The position numbers and the translations under genes are program-made. Positions 54,009-64,000 of a stretch of DNA of 64,000 nt are shown piece by piece. The DNA comes from Toensbergia leucococca (taxonomy: Eukaryota): the NCBI GenBank assembly GCA_022813965.1, contig JALDZS010000136.1:1-64000 (forward strand), given 5' to 3'. The notes beneath the pieces are model-generated. The model saw nothing but the letters and a program-made list of their open reading frames with translations, made no database searches and was not told where the DNA came from. Each line of letters begins with the position of its first letter. The stretch's first letter is position 1.

Positions 54009-54749
54009 GATGACGGGAGGGAATGATGGGAGAAGTAATTGTCTGATAGTGTAGATGAATCAAGCCTGGCTGGAAAAGCAGAGGAGAAGAATTCACTGGT
54101 GAGTATCTCAATTGATTGTCAACATCAAGTCGAGGGGGGAAATGCAGGATTCAAATAGTCTCGAGTCCTCACAGCTCCGCCAAGAGACACATTGTATGTT
54201 GTCCATTCAATCTGTCTCGAGACCTAGAGCTCTACTCGCCACCTTCCCTAACTGCATTGTCAACAATTCTGAGTTTCGACTTCTGTTTACATGGCAACCA
54301 GATAGACTGTCAAGATACTAAAGATAGCACGAAATCAACGCTTGGCGCTGCTCATGACGATGGCGAGAGATCAGGCACGGCTTCCTCCGAGCTCTTCGTT
54401 GCGTGCGAAAGGACTCATCTTGCAGCATCGGTGATGATCGCTCTTTCATATGTCTTATCCAGGAAGGATCAGCCGAGCCAGAAAAGCAACCCAGCCTCCA
54501 AAATCTGGAAAACCTCTCGCGCCTGCCACAAACGCCGGAAATTAATTTTTCCTCGGGGGGCAATGAGGATCTGGATTCTTGGTTGGAGTGCAAGTATGAA
54601 TCACGACACATGCCAATTTTTCCCCATCTGTTACCGCAGAGATGATTTCAGATCTAAGAAAGTTAGATGGGAATCAGTGTTCACCCCTCATGCCAAATTC
54701 ACTCTTTCATGGAAGAAAGATCACACTTGGCTCAGTGGACTGACTCCTC

Positions 54750-55400
54750 TTGCCACCATACCACCCTTTCAACCCCTCTTACCACTATCTCAACCTGGTC
54801 CCAACTGCCCAGCAAGTCCCACATACCCCTCCCTCGACCTTCTACGACTCTAACTTTTTGACACGCGCTTCCCAAAACACCCCCCCCCCCCTTCAACAAA
54901 AAAATAAACACAACTTTCTCCTTTCTCATCTCTCAATAAAAAAAAAACACCCTCATGTGATTTGAGCAACACTCAGATCTCTTTCTTCAGCCAATTTCAC
55001 AACACAACCTCCCTCACTCACATTTATTGCGCGTCACCCCCCCCCCAAAAAAAAAGAATAAAAATTTTTTCCTTTTTTCTCACATTGAACTTGCCCCCCC
55101 AAAAAAAAGAGTATCAAATTTCCGCCAAACAAGGAAAAAGAAAAAAAATCAGCAAGTCACACAAACCTGACCAAAGAGACCCAACAAAAAAAGAAAAAAC
55201 CCCTTTGGCATCTATACAGGAAAACATGACTACAAATAATCACCCAAGGTTGCTTCACTAATCTTGATGAAAATCGCGAAATTCCTCAAGAACATTCCGT
55301 TAAAAGGCAGTCAATGCTTGCTACAAACAGCGCTACCTAGGGAAAAAACTTCTGTCTTGAATTGACCAATGTTTAGGTAGGCTTGAAAGAAAAGGGGGGG
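54750..55400. repeat. Low-complexity C/A homopolymer-rich island
   Basis: C13 at about 54879-54891 and repeated C-run plus A-run units (54890-55200). Confidence 0.65.
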
Positions 55401-55856
55401 GGATTTGCTTAATCATATCGAGCAAAAGTCTAAAAGAGGACAAGAACTTTTGATCTCTCTACCTATTTTCAATTTCAATCCTGCATGATCAAAGAGCAAG
55501 GCATTTCCCCAAGCAAAACCCAAATAAAATCAAGGGTGTAAAAGAGTGTTCAATACACACAGCTCTGCATGTTATTGAGCTCCTTGAATTCACTCCATGT
55601 GTGTTATCATTTCACAAAGATATGAAAAGAATTTTCATTCTTGAGAGTTTACATTACATTGATAGTGATGGAGATAAACAAAAATCCCACAAAAGACTGA
55701 ATGGCAGTAGCGAAAAGAACTGTCCAGTGAGAATTGAATTAACGGAAAACGAAATTCGACCTTGGTGTGAGTTTCAAAACTCACTACCAGCTCAAAAACA
55801 GTGAAAATCGACTTGCACGCACCAGTGTACGTGTTCATACCAGACTGAGGAATCCA

Positions 55857-57709
55857 CTATGACCCACTTTCAGCCGCTTTCTTCTTGGCCGCCGCCTTCT
55901 TCTCCTTGGCCTCCTGGATCTGCTTCCTCGCGTTCTCAAGCTCTTGCTCCGTCGGCATGTTGACGATGGTCAAATAGAGCACGCCTTCCTGCAGCAAGCG
56001 TTTGGATCCTTTTTCTTTCTGGCCTTGGAGGCGTTTTTCCTCAGCTTTACGCTGCGCGCGCTCGTAGCGTCGGCGTGCGCCGAGTCTAGAGTGGGCCAGC
56101 ATCCTCATCAATAACTTATGTACCGGATTGTTCAATCACTTTGGGGAAGGGTTTGCTTACGGCTCTGCCTTGTAGCGGCCACCTGTTATGAGAGTGAAGA
56201 AGTGCATATTGGTCGCGTTGTTCGGGTCTGCGAAGCGGGATTTAAACTCAGGGGCTGCAGGAGCCATTTGCGTGGTTAGAGTTGACTGTGGATTTGCGGC
56301 GGCCTTTACCATTGAGTCAGAACTGATGTTTTCTCCCACAAAGAGTGAAAGAAAGCTATGTATGCGAGACTTACGTAGGTAGCTTGCGCTCTGCGGTCAA
56401 AATATTCGTTCACGAATTTTGAGGAACTCTTGGCTTTGGCCTTGATGCTGTTAGCCACGCCATCGGTGTTGCCGTCCTTTTGAGCATTATCCGCTATAGC
56501 ATCAAGAGCTGGGAACGAGAGGGGTGCACAAGTGACCGGTATCTCTGCCTCCTTAGTCTCACCGCTCGCAATTCGAAGCTTTTTCATCTTCTCCTTCATC
56601 TCATCCATCCTTTTCTGCTTCTCTCGCTCTTCGCCCTCATTACTCGTCGTCTTCTCTGGTGCCACAAGGTCGTCACCGTATTTCGCCATGGCGGAAGCAC
56701 CCAGATCTACAGTCTGCGTTTCAACCTCTGTCTGATCGCTATGACCTGGCTTGTACGTAACGATCAGCGCGAAGAGACCTTTCGGTATGAAGAAGTCCTT
56801 GTTCGCCTGGTCAAGGAATTTGTTCGTGCGCCATCTCTCTTGCACTTCTTGACCGATTCCTGCCATTATCTGGACAGCTTGTACGGCGAGACCAACCATC
56901 GCGTCTGGGTACAAGCCCACAATACCGGTTGCGATCATAATGATATCAAAAATGGGAGATGCCTGCGCGGCGCTGTGAAAGTTCTTGAGGAATCTCAAAA
57001 ACATTTCCTGATCAATGCCTGGGTCTTGTAGTACTGGTGCGTAGGCACGGACGAAGCCTCGGGTCTTAGTGCCTGGCCGTCTCTGAGGAAGAATAACCGG
57101 GAAGGGCAATTTTTTGAGGGGAGCATTTTTCAAGTGAGTGTCAGCTTTGGGCTTGCCAAGCTGCATACCGAGAGTTGAAGTTTCCGTTGAGGGCTCTTCT
57201 TTGTCGCTCTGCACCTGGGCTAAGGACTCATCCTTCTCTTCCGTCTCCGAAGCGGCCTCATCAAGAGCCCAATCTGCCTCATCACGCTCAAAACCATCAT
57301 TTTTCAATTGCTCAGGGACTAACTCATGCGTTGCCGTCTCCCCGTCTGCTAGGACGGCTTGATAACTTGCAATGAGCTCGTCAGCCTGATTTTCGGGGAC
57401 ATTGACGTAGACTGAATCGCCTAGACCTTCAGAAGGAGATGCATTATCCTGAGGGCGGGTTTCTTCTGCTGCTATTGATGTTGTTGCATCTGCTGCCACA
57501 GCATCCGGTTGAGACTCGGATCGCTTCTTCTTATCTCTAAGATGATGAATTGCTTCGCTTCCGAGGCCAATGGGGGTCACAATAAGCTTGACAACCCGCC
57601 CCATGAGAGCGGTCCCGAGTGTTTTGTGGGCGAATGCATTGCGATTGTACCCGTACTTGGGATCGAAGCCGGATTCATAGTCACCCATTTTGATGATGTA
57701 GGAGCTCAA
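55857..57709 (-). CDS. Conserved fungal protein of unknown function; introns 56304-56374 and 56086-56160
   Basis: PVILPQRRPGTKTRGFVRAYAPVL...FLRFLKNF, RTNKFLDQANKDFFIPKGLFALIVTY, EYFDRRAQATY, FADPNNA, LQEGVLYLTIVNMPTEQEL. The splices restore the frame. Confidence 0.78.
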
Positions 57710-60298
57710 AAGAAAGCCTAGTCAGAGGCGGATTTTCGTGGAGGTCTGGGGTTGACAATAGTGAGGATCAAAGGTCGATTGACTACCAACCTTTGAATTG
57801 GCCGTGGCACTCGTGGGGCTTATGAGGCGGGCTTGATAGTAGTAGATGGTCTCCTCGTCTTCCTTGCTCGCTAGCCGCACTGGCCCCACACGGCTCATAT
57901 TCTATAGCGCACCATTCGATACTCGCCACCCCCACTCCCTGTAGAACTCTGGAAGCAAGCCCCATCTATGTCAACCGAACCCTTTTCTGACTGGAAGGTT
58001 CTGATGGAGAGTCAGAAACCTGGAGGCTCCAGGCTTCGAAATCTCAGACATCCAAAATGTGAAAAAACCTTTCGGCGCTGGTGAGGTATTGCCGGTGAGG
58101 CACTGCCCCCATTTATCTGGTGAGGAGCAGGGAATCGTTCAATAGATTACCCCTTATCGACCTCGGTACAAGTACGGTCGCCGGGAAAACTTGGAGTCGT
58201 CGTCATCGTCATGTTTGGATGGACATTAGAGTAAATACGGAGCGTCTGTAAATATATTTTACGTTACAATACTGTCAATTTCTTTTGCATTTTCACTACG
58301 GCTAAGTTTAAAGATGCAGCCTCATACGCCTACAGCACCTGGGCACCTCTACGTACCTGCATATCCTTCATGTTTAGGTAAGTGAATGTGACCTAGCTGA
58401 CATGCTATGCCGATCGTAGGCCCCACAAGACTTCTCAAGATTGCCTGTAATAAGACTCACAAAATGCTGCTCTGACTTCAGAACACTAGCAGGTTCACGT
58501 TGTGACGTCACGTTCACCGTCAACCCTCACAAAAAAATCAAATCTTTACCTCATGCAACTTCTTCAGTCAATAACCCATGAACAATCACCATTGCCTCTT
58601 TACTTTCGCTCTTCTCCCAACTAACCTGCTCTTTACCGTTTTGTAGAATGGCCATTTTCTCTTCAGTACTCTTCTCAAGTGCCAACCCATCCTTCTTGCG
58701 TCAAAAGTCATGAGACATGACCTCAGCAACCTCCTTGCCTTTAATAGGAGCCGACGCTTTATTCTTCAGGACCGCACAGGGTTCTGCGGCTGAAGAACCA
58801 TGAGTCACTCTTGACTAGTGGGTAGATGCGCCTAAATATCTGGTTATGAACCTCTTACATACCCATGGTGATGCTTTCTTCTGCCTCCTGGCTCCGTCTG
58901 TCAGTTTGTTGCAGTCACTGCCGGATCCGTCAGTGCACAGCCGTCAAAAGGCAGTGAAAGAACCTTGTGTGCTGAACGTACCTGGAACTTTCCAGCTTTT
59001 GATCTTGCTTTGGTGAGATTGAGATGAGCCTTGCACAAATCCACGGCTGAGCAAATCTAGTGCTCTGCCAGTGCTTTGCCACATTCATTACAAACAAAGC
59101 GTCATAAGTGGTGTCTGTGAAGGTTTAAGTCCATGGGCGAGCGCATGATAGAAGGATTCTCTGAAATGTCACCTGCTGAGGCTAACGTGCAATCAACTTC
59201 ATGCAAGAAGGCAATTTGCATGTATTTCTAAAATACTTTTGAAAATAGCCTTGTACGCAAGAAAGGCTTGCACGCATGCAACACCTCTTGAAAATATCTC
59301 CTTCCTATCAATTGGGATCTCGTTCAAGCAGAAGTTTCTTTTGACGATTGAAATAATTTCATTCTCCAAGATCCAAATGATCCAGGAGTGCCCTAGGGAA
59401 ATAAAGACATCCGAAATACCTTGCACATCATCAGTCTTGTCATAATCATCCCACAATACGGCACGAGTAATGTAACATATTTCAAGACAGGCCTTTGCAG
59501 ATGATCAAGATATTCAGTAAATGAAAAGATTCGTTGTGTAGCCGCAGATTATCTGTATGTCTCTGATTTGCACTCTCCGTTGAACATCATCTTACGTAGC
59601 TACCCGTGACGGCTTGCAGAAGCTCAACTTTGATTGAGAGATATACAAGTCTTTGGCATATACGTTCAGAACAGGACTGTTCAAGGTTTCCTGCAGAGGA
59701 ATGAGAGGAATGTGGCTGCTAGAAACAATTGTGCTTGGAGGGCGTATGAACGTTGTTCAGGATCTGATACAAACTTATGAAGCCATAGGAGCGTTTGCAT
59801 AGAAATTTTGAGGGTTTGCGGAGTGGACGTCCATACTTTTTAATAGTTAATGTGTTGGATTCAATCTCATAAAGAGCAAGTGTGGTGTTTCTTGGCGAGT
59901 CACATGGAGACCTGACTGTTAGAAATGCCAGCCAAATGATATTGGCCTTCCTCACTTCAGAAAGCAAACACTTTTCTTCCATTGCCGGTCAATATTCGCA
60001 CCGCCGGCTAAGGCGCCTCGGTACTGGAGATATAGGTAGCATGTGTACGTGCAACATTGTGCTAGCCTATTACTTGAGTGCTATCATCTCATCACTCACG
60101 TGATTGTTTTATCGTATCTTTAAATCCCTTCCCTTCCCTATAGACTGTTACCGACCTCTACCAGTTTTAGTGTCTCCAGTCCAATACTCAAGACCCATTT
60201 TGCGCGTGAGCACTACAAAGCCATCTTAAGTAAAAGCAAAGCCTTAGGACGCTAATGCAAATAGAAAAACTCGTCACGAACGAATTTTTTGCCCGAGC

Positions 60299-63025
60299 TT
60301 AGTCAAACCCCTTCTTTCTTTGCCCCGAGCGTAAAGCGAGATCCGATGCTTCTTCCAACCGTTTTGGCTCTCCCCCAGTGATTGTCATCTTATTTGTTGC
60401 GGAGGAACCAACCTTGGGTTCTTGTATTTGCCATTCAGTGAATACTGCGGAAGAAGACAACGTAAAAGGATGATCAACACCTAAGATCCTGTTTTGTAAA
60501 TGTATACATTCTCTCAGCAGGTTAGTAGCCTTTGCGTTTTGGCCTTGCACTTTCCAGGTCAAAGCGAGATCATGTTGTTCAGTGTGTCTGGATGCTCCTC
60601 ACCCAGCACCCTCTTTCTAATCTCCGTCACTCTCACGTCCAGCTCCTCAGCTTCCTTCCAGCGTCCTTGGCCCCAGTATGCTGAGGCCAGGTTGCTCATG
60701 CTGATCAGCGTGTCTGGATGCTCCTCACTCAGCACCCTCTTTCTAATCTCCGTCACTCTCACGTCCAGCTCCTCAGCTTCCTTCCAGCGTCCTTGGTTCC
60801 CGTATGCTGAGGCCAGGTTGCTCATGCTGATCAGCGTGTCTGGATGCTCCTCACCCAGCACCCTCTTTCTAATCTCCGTCACTCTCACGTCCAGCTCCTC
60901 AGCTTCCTTCCAGCGTCCTTGATTCAGATATGTTGAGGCCAGCTTGCCCATGCTGATCAGCGTGTCTGGATGCTCCTCACCCAGCACCCTCTTCATGGTC
61001 TCCATCACTCTCACCACCAGCTCCTCAGCTTCCTTCCAACGTCCTTGATTCAGATATGTTGAGGCCAGGTTGCTCATGCTGATCAGCGTGTCTGGATGCT
61101 CCTCACCCAGCACCCTCTTTCTAATCTCCGTCACTTTCACCTCTAGCTCCTCAGCTTCCTTCCAACGTCCTTGATTCAGGTATGTTGAGGCCAGGTTGCT
61201 CATGCTGATCAGCGTGTCTGGATGCTCCTCACCCAGCACCCTCTTTCTAATCTCCGTCACTCTCACCGTCAGCTCCTCAGCTTCCTTCCAGCGTCCTTGA
61301 TTCAGGTATGTTGAGGCCAGGTGGCCCATGCTGCCCAGCGTGTCTGGATGCTCCTCACCCAAGATTGCTTGTTTCCGCTCCCATGTTTGTTTCTGCATAC
61401 CTGCCGCTTTCTGGTAGAGTCCACATTCGCCGATGTAGATTGCCGCCCACATACTCGCATCCAGCAACGTAGCGTTGCGGAGCCCTTACTGTGCTGCAAA
61501 GCCCTCCATGAACTCGATGTGGCTGATAAACTGACCGCAACGACTCCAATTTCGCGGAGATCGGCGGTCACCAACCCCTTCGAAAGCCTTGCATACAATG
61601 CGTATGACTATTTCAAGCCACTGCTCCCGTGCTGCAGCGGCGATAAGCTTCGACCGTAGGACAAGCTGGACCAGGTCGTGGATCCGTATCACGCGCTCGG
61701 ATCCCTCCAACGTATGGACAGCGAAAGACGCACGCTGAATCTCTTGGATAGCTTTGGACAGGCGTACTGGAGACTGAAACAAATCGATTACCGCCCCAAG
61801 CTCGTTAACCGCTGACGCTGCGGGTATGTCGCTTCTCTCTTCCTGGTACAGGGCGCCACATCCCTGTTTCAAGATGCTGATTGGGATATGCTCAGGGTCA
61901 CAGAAAGAAAGGATCCGAAGAAGGGTCAAAGCATCTGGCGCGGTTTGAGAGATTCTTTCAAGAGCCGGCATAAACATCGCCACGACAGATTTCTCTTCGT
62001 GACAGGATAGATCGTTCTCCCACATAAGGACCTGTGTTCGGGTCAGCCAGCAATCACTCCCGAGTCTGTGCCATGCTTTTCGATCACCTCCATTATCTTG
62101 GCGCTCCTGTATAAATTGAGAAGCTCCTTTATGCTGCTCTCATAGCCGCCCTTGACATATGAGGCAGCTTGGTCAACCGCCAGCGGCAGATTTCCCACTG
62201 ACCGGACGAGACACTCAAGATCTGCATGGCTAGCTTTCTCTGTACTTCCTCGATCTATTTCAGCACCGGCTAAGAGCATCGCGACCGCGTCGTCATTTCC
62301 TGGTGGCTGCAAGGCAAGCATGAGTGATTTGCCGGGGATAGTGCATGATTCAGCAATCATGTTGGTCCGCGTGGTGAATAGAAGCCGCCCTCTATTATTT
62401 CGTCGAGGAAGAATATCATCAAGCATCATCCTAGCAGTCTCTTGGGTCACATTGTCCAGAATAAGAAGCCACTCCTTCCCAGCGGACAGATCTTCAAGCC
62501 ACGCTCGCGCCAGGGTTGACTTCGTGAACTGATCCAAAGCGTATCCTCCAGGGAGACGGAGAAGATCCGCCAGTCTGGAGAAGTCCCGAGTCAACTTCTC
62601 AACCGACCCTGCAGACACCCAAAAGGTATATGTATCTTGGCTCCTTTTAGAGGCAAGACTTGCATATTGCAAAGCCAGCTGTGTCTTTCCTACTCCTGGC
62701 ATGCCATATATAACGCAACGGGCAGGGAGGTCATCAGACCATGCACTGAACGCGCGATCGATTTGCTGCAGCTCATTGCCCCGGCCCGTGAAATGAGGGG
62801 AGAGAATTGAGTCAGGCAACTCGCAGACACTTGCAGGGAGCCTGTGGTCTGTACTCCGTCAGTGGCATTTCCAGTCAACAAAAGCCTCTATCATCTGAAC
62901 ACACCAGAACTGGAATGGAAGCAGATCGACCCGCCGCCGGTGTTAAAGTGGTTTCCCATGAACTGCGAACCTCCATGGTTGTGGTATTGTCCCTCAAATC
63001 CCGCCCCTGCCTGCATACCTATCAT
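60299..63025 (-). pseudogene. NLR-like STAND protein (short amyloid-like N-terminus, NB-ARC, TPR repeats) with a nonsense codon and a frameshift; exons 63025-62905, 62848-62088, 62031-60299
   Basis: PHFTGRGNEL, Walker A IYGMPGVGKTQLALQYA, Walker B WLLILDNV, RLLFTTR, GNLPLAVDQAASY, IHDLVQ (MHD-like), 42-aa TPRs. In-frame TAA at 61486-61488 and a frame change near 60570. Confidence 0.88.
60584..61358 (-). repeat. Tandem 126-bp near-identical TPR-coding repeats (six full units plus partial)
   Basis: GTGTCTGGATGCTCCTCAC recurs at 60584, 60710, 60836, 60962, 61088, 61214 and 61340, an exact 126-bp period. Confidence 0.95.
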
Positions 63026-63225
63026 GCGTGCTATGTTCTCATGATATTCGTGCTGTTGTTGGCGAGTCTATGGCCACCGAGCCTCGTCCTAAGAGTTCTC
63101 AATAAAGGCTCGCCGTGTGATTGGACGCCTCAGCTCATGGCAGGGCTGATAGTGTAGTCCTTGTCGTAGCACCGAGCCACCCAACTTCTCCATGGTCGGG
63201 GCAGTTCAACTCCCATAAGTCCACC

Positions 63226-64000
63226 ATGAGCGCCCTCATCCGCAGACTGCTGTCTCAGAAGGAAGAGGTTGAACCTCTTAGCATAGGTGAAGGTCTAGCG
63301 GAGACCAGTCAGCCTGCGCCTACGTCAAATTTGGGCCTGCGAGTGGTGAACCCCTGCCAAGTTAGCGCGGTGATAGAGTAAGAATGTACCAAGCGCGTTC
63401 TGCTTTGAGAGTTGATCACAGGCCCTAGCATAGTATTCATCCATGGTCTTGCAGGTGGCAGAGAGTCAACGTGGACTGCAAAAGGTGCTGCAGCCTCCTG
63501 GCCGGAGTTGTTTCTCCTCAATGATATCCCCGAGGCCAGAATCATTACATACGGGTACGATGCGGACGTGGTCAACTTCTGGTCGATGGCATCGCAAAAT
63601 ACGATTGGAGACCATAGTCAGAAGTTAATGTCGTCACTTGCCAATCTGAGGGATAGCACAAATACTGTTGGTCCAATGGTCATTACATAAGCTGCTCAAC
63701 TAATACTATTCTTATAGAACACGAGGCCGCTAGCATTCGTTGCACATAGCATGGGCGGGATTGTTTGTCAAGACGTAAGATTATCTCCTTATGGCTTGAG
63801 GTCTAGCTCTGAGATACGATAGACATTGTTGAAATCGAGGGGTAGTGCCGACCAACATACTCAGCATATCTTCGAAAATACAAGAGGCATTCTATTTATG
63901 GGAACTCCACACTGTGGCTCAGGTCTTGCAGAGTTGGCGATTATCGGCAGCAAATTCCTTCAGTATTTCCGTCGAGTCAATCATGGAACTCTGGAAATCC
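63226..64000 (+). CDS. SesB-like (DUF676/PGAP1-like) alpha/beta-hydrolase, truncated by the window end; introns 63378-63428, 63667-63717, 63775-63822
   Basis: Spliced DIVFIHGLAGGRESTWT...WPELFLLNDIPEARIITYGYDA...RPLAFVAHSMGGIVCQD...IFENTRGILFMGTPHCGS, with nucleophile AHSMGG. Confidence 0.85.

Noticed and set aside
54116..54853. Overlapping plus-strand ORFs (245 aa, 80 aa) as a gene
   Set aside because: No recognisable motif or convincing exon structure. A small or decayed gene cannot be excluded.
58600..60100. Short ORF fragments as a transposon or pseudogene relic
   Set aside because: No transposase, RT or integrase motifs, terminal repeats or target-site duplications recognised.
60584..61358. 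Regularly spaced repeats as a CRISPR array
   Set aside because: Contiguous 126-bp units with no unique spacers, in-frame TPR coding, eukaryotic context.
61420..61489. GTAAGG overlapping the NLR stop as an intron donor that would remove the TAA
   Set aside because: The nearby YAG acceptors are in the wrong phase, the only in-phase AG is too close and lacks a branch site, and the sequence after the stop reads as continuous protein.
1..64000. tRNA, rRNA or other structured RNA genes
   Set aside because: None recognised by eye. tRNAscan-SE and Infernal would be needed to exclude them.

Overview
Eukaryotic, intron-containing DNA from a filamentous ascomycete (GT-AG introns mostly 48-120 nt with CTRAC/CTRAY branch sites; the exact taxon cannot be fixed from sequence alone). 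Positions 1-51 kb hold conserved genes: pacC/RIM101, DBP8, an FHA-forkhead factor, a QIP/Gfd2-like DEDDh exonuclease, an ING-type PHD protein, a mucin-like membrane protein, a DUF676-like hydrolase, a DHA2 MFS pump, the ADP/ATP carrier, KRI1, SIP3/LAM1, a Rua1-like Zn-finger protein, a TPR-DnaJ co-chaperone and several uncharacterised fungal proteins. Four homopolymer-rich intergenic islands punctuate the window. From about 51.3 kb the region looks accessory. The main finding is at the right end. An NB-ARC-TPR NLR has a hidden first exon, absent from the ORF track, encoding a short G/N/H/F/Q-rich two-pseudo-repeat peptide (FEGQYHNHGGSQ-FMGNHFNTGGGS-ICF) instead of an effector domain. It sits head-to-head, 200 bp away, with a SesB-like alpha/beta-hydrolase gene. 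This is the layout of a two-component amyloid-signalling (NLR plus effector) locus. This NLR copy carries a nonsense codon and a frameshift. Exon boundaries were deduced by eye and family names come from motif recognition, not database searches.
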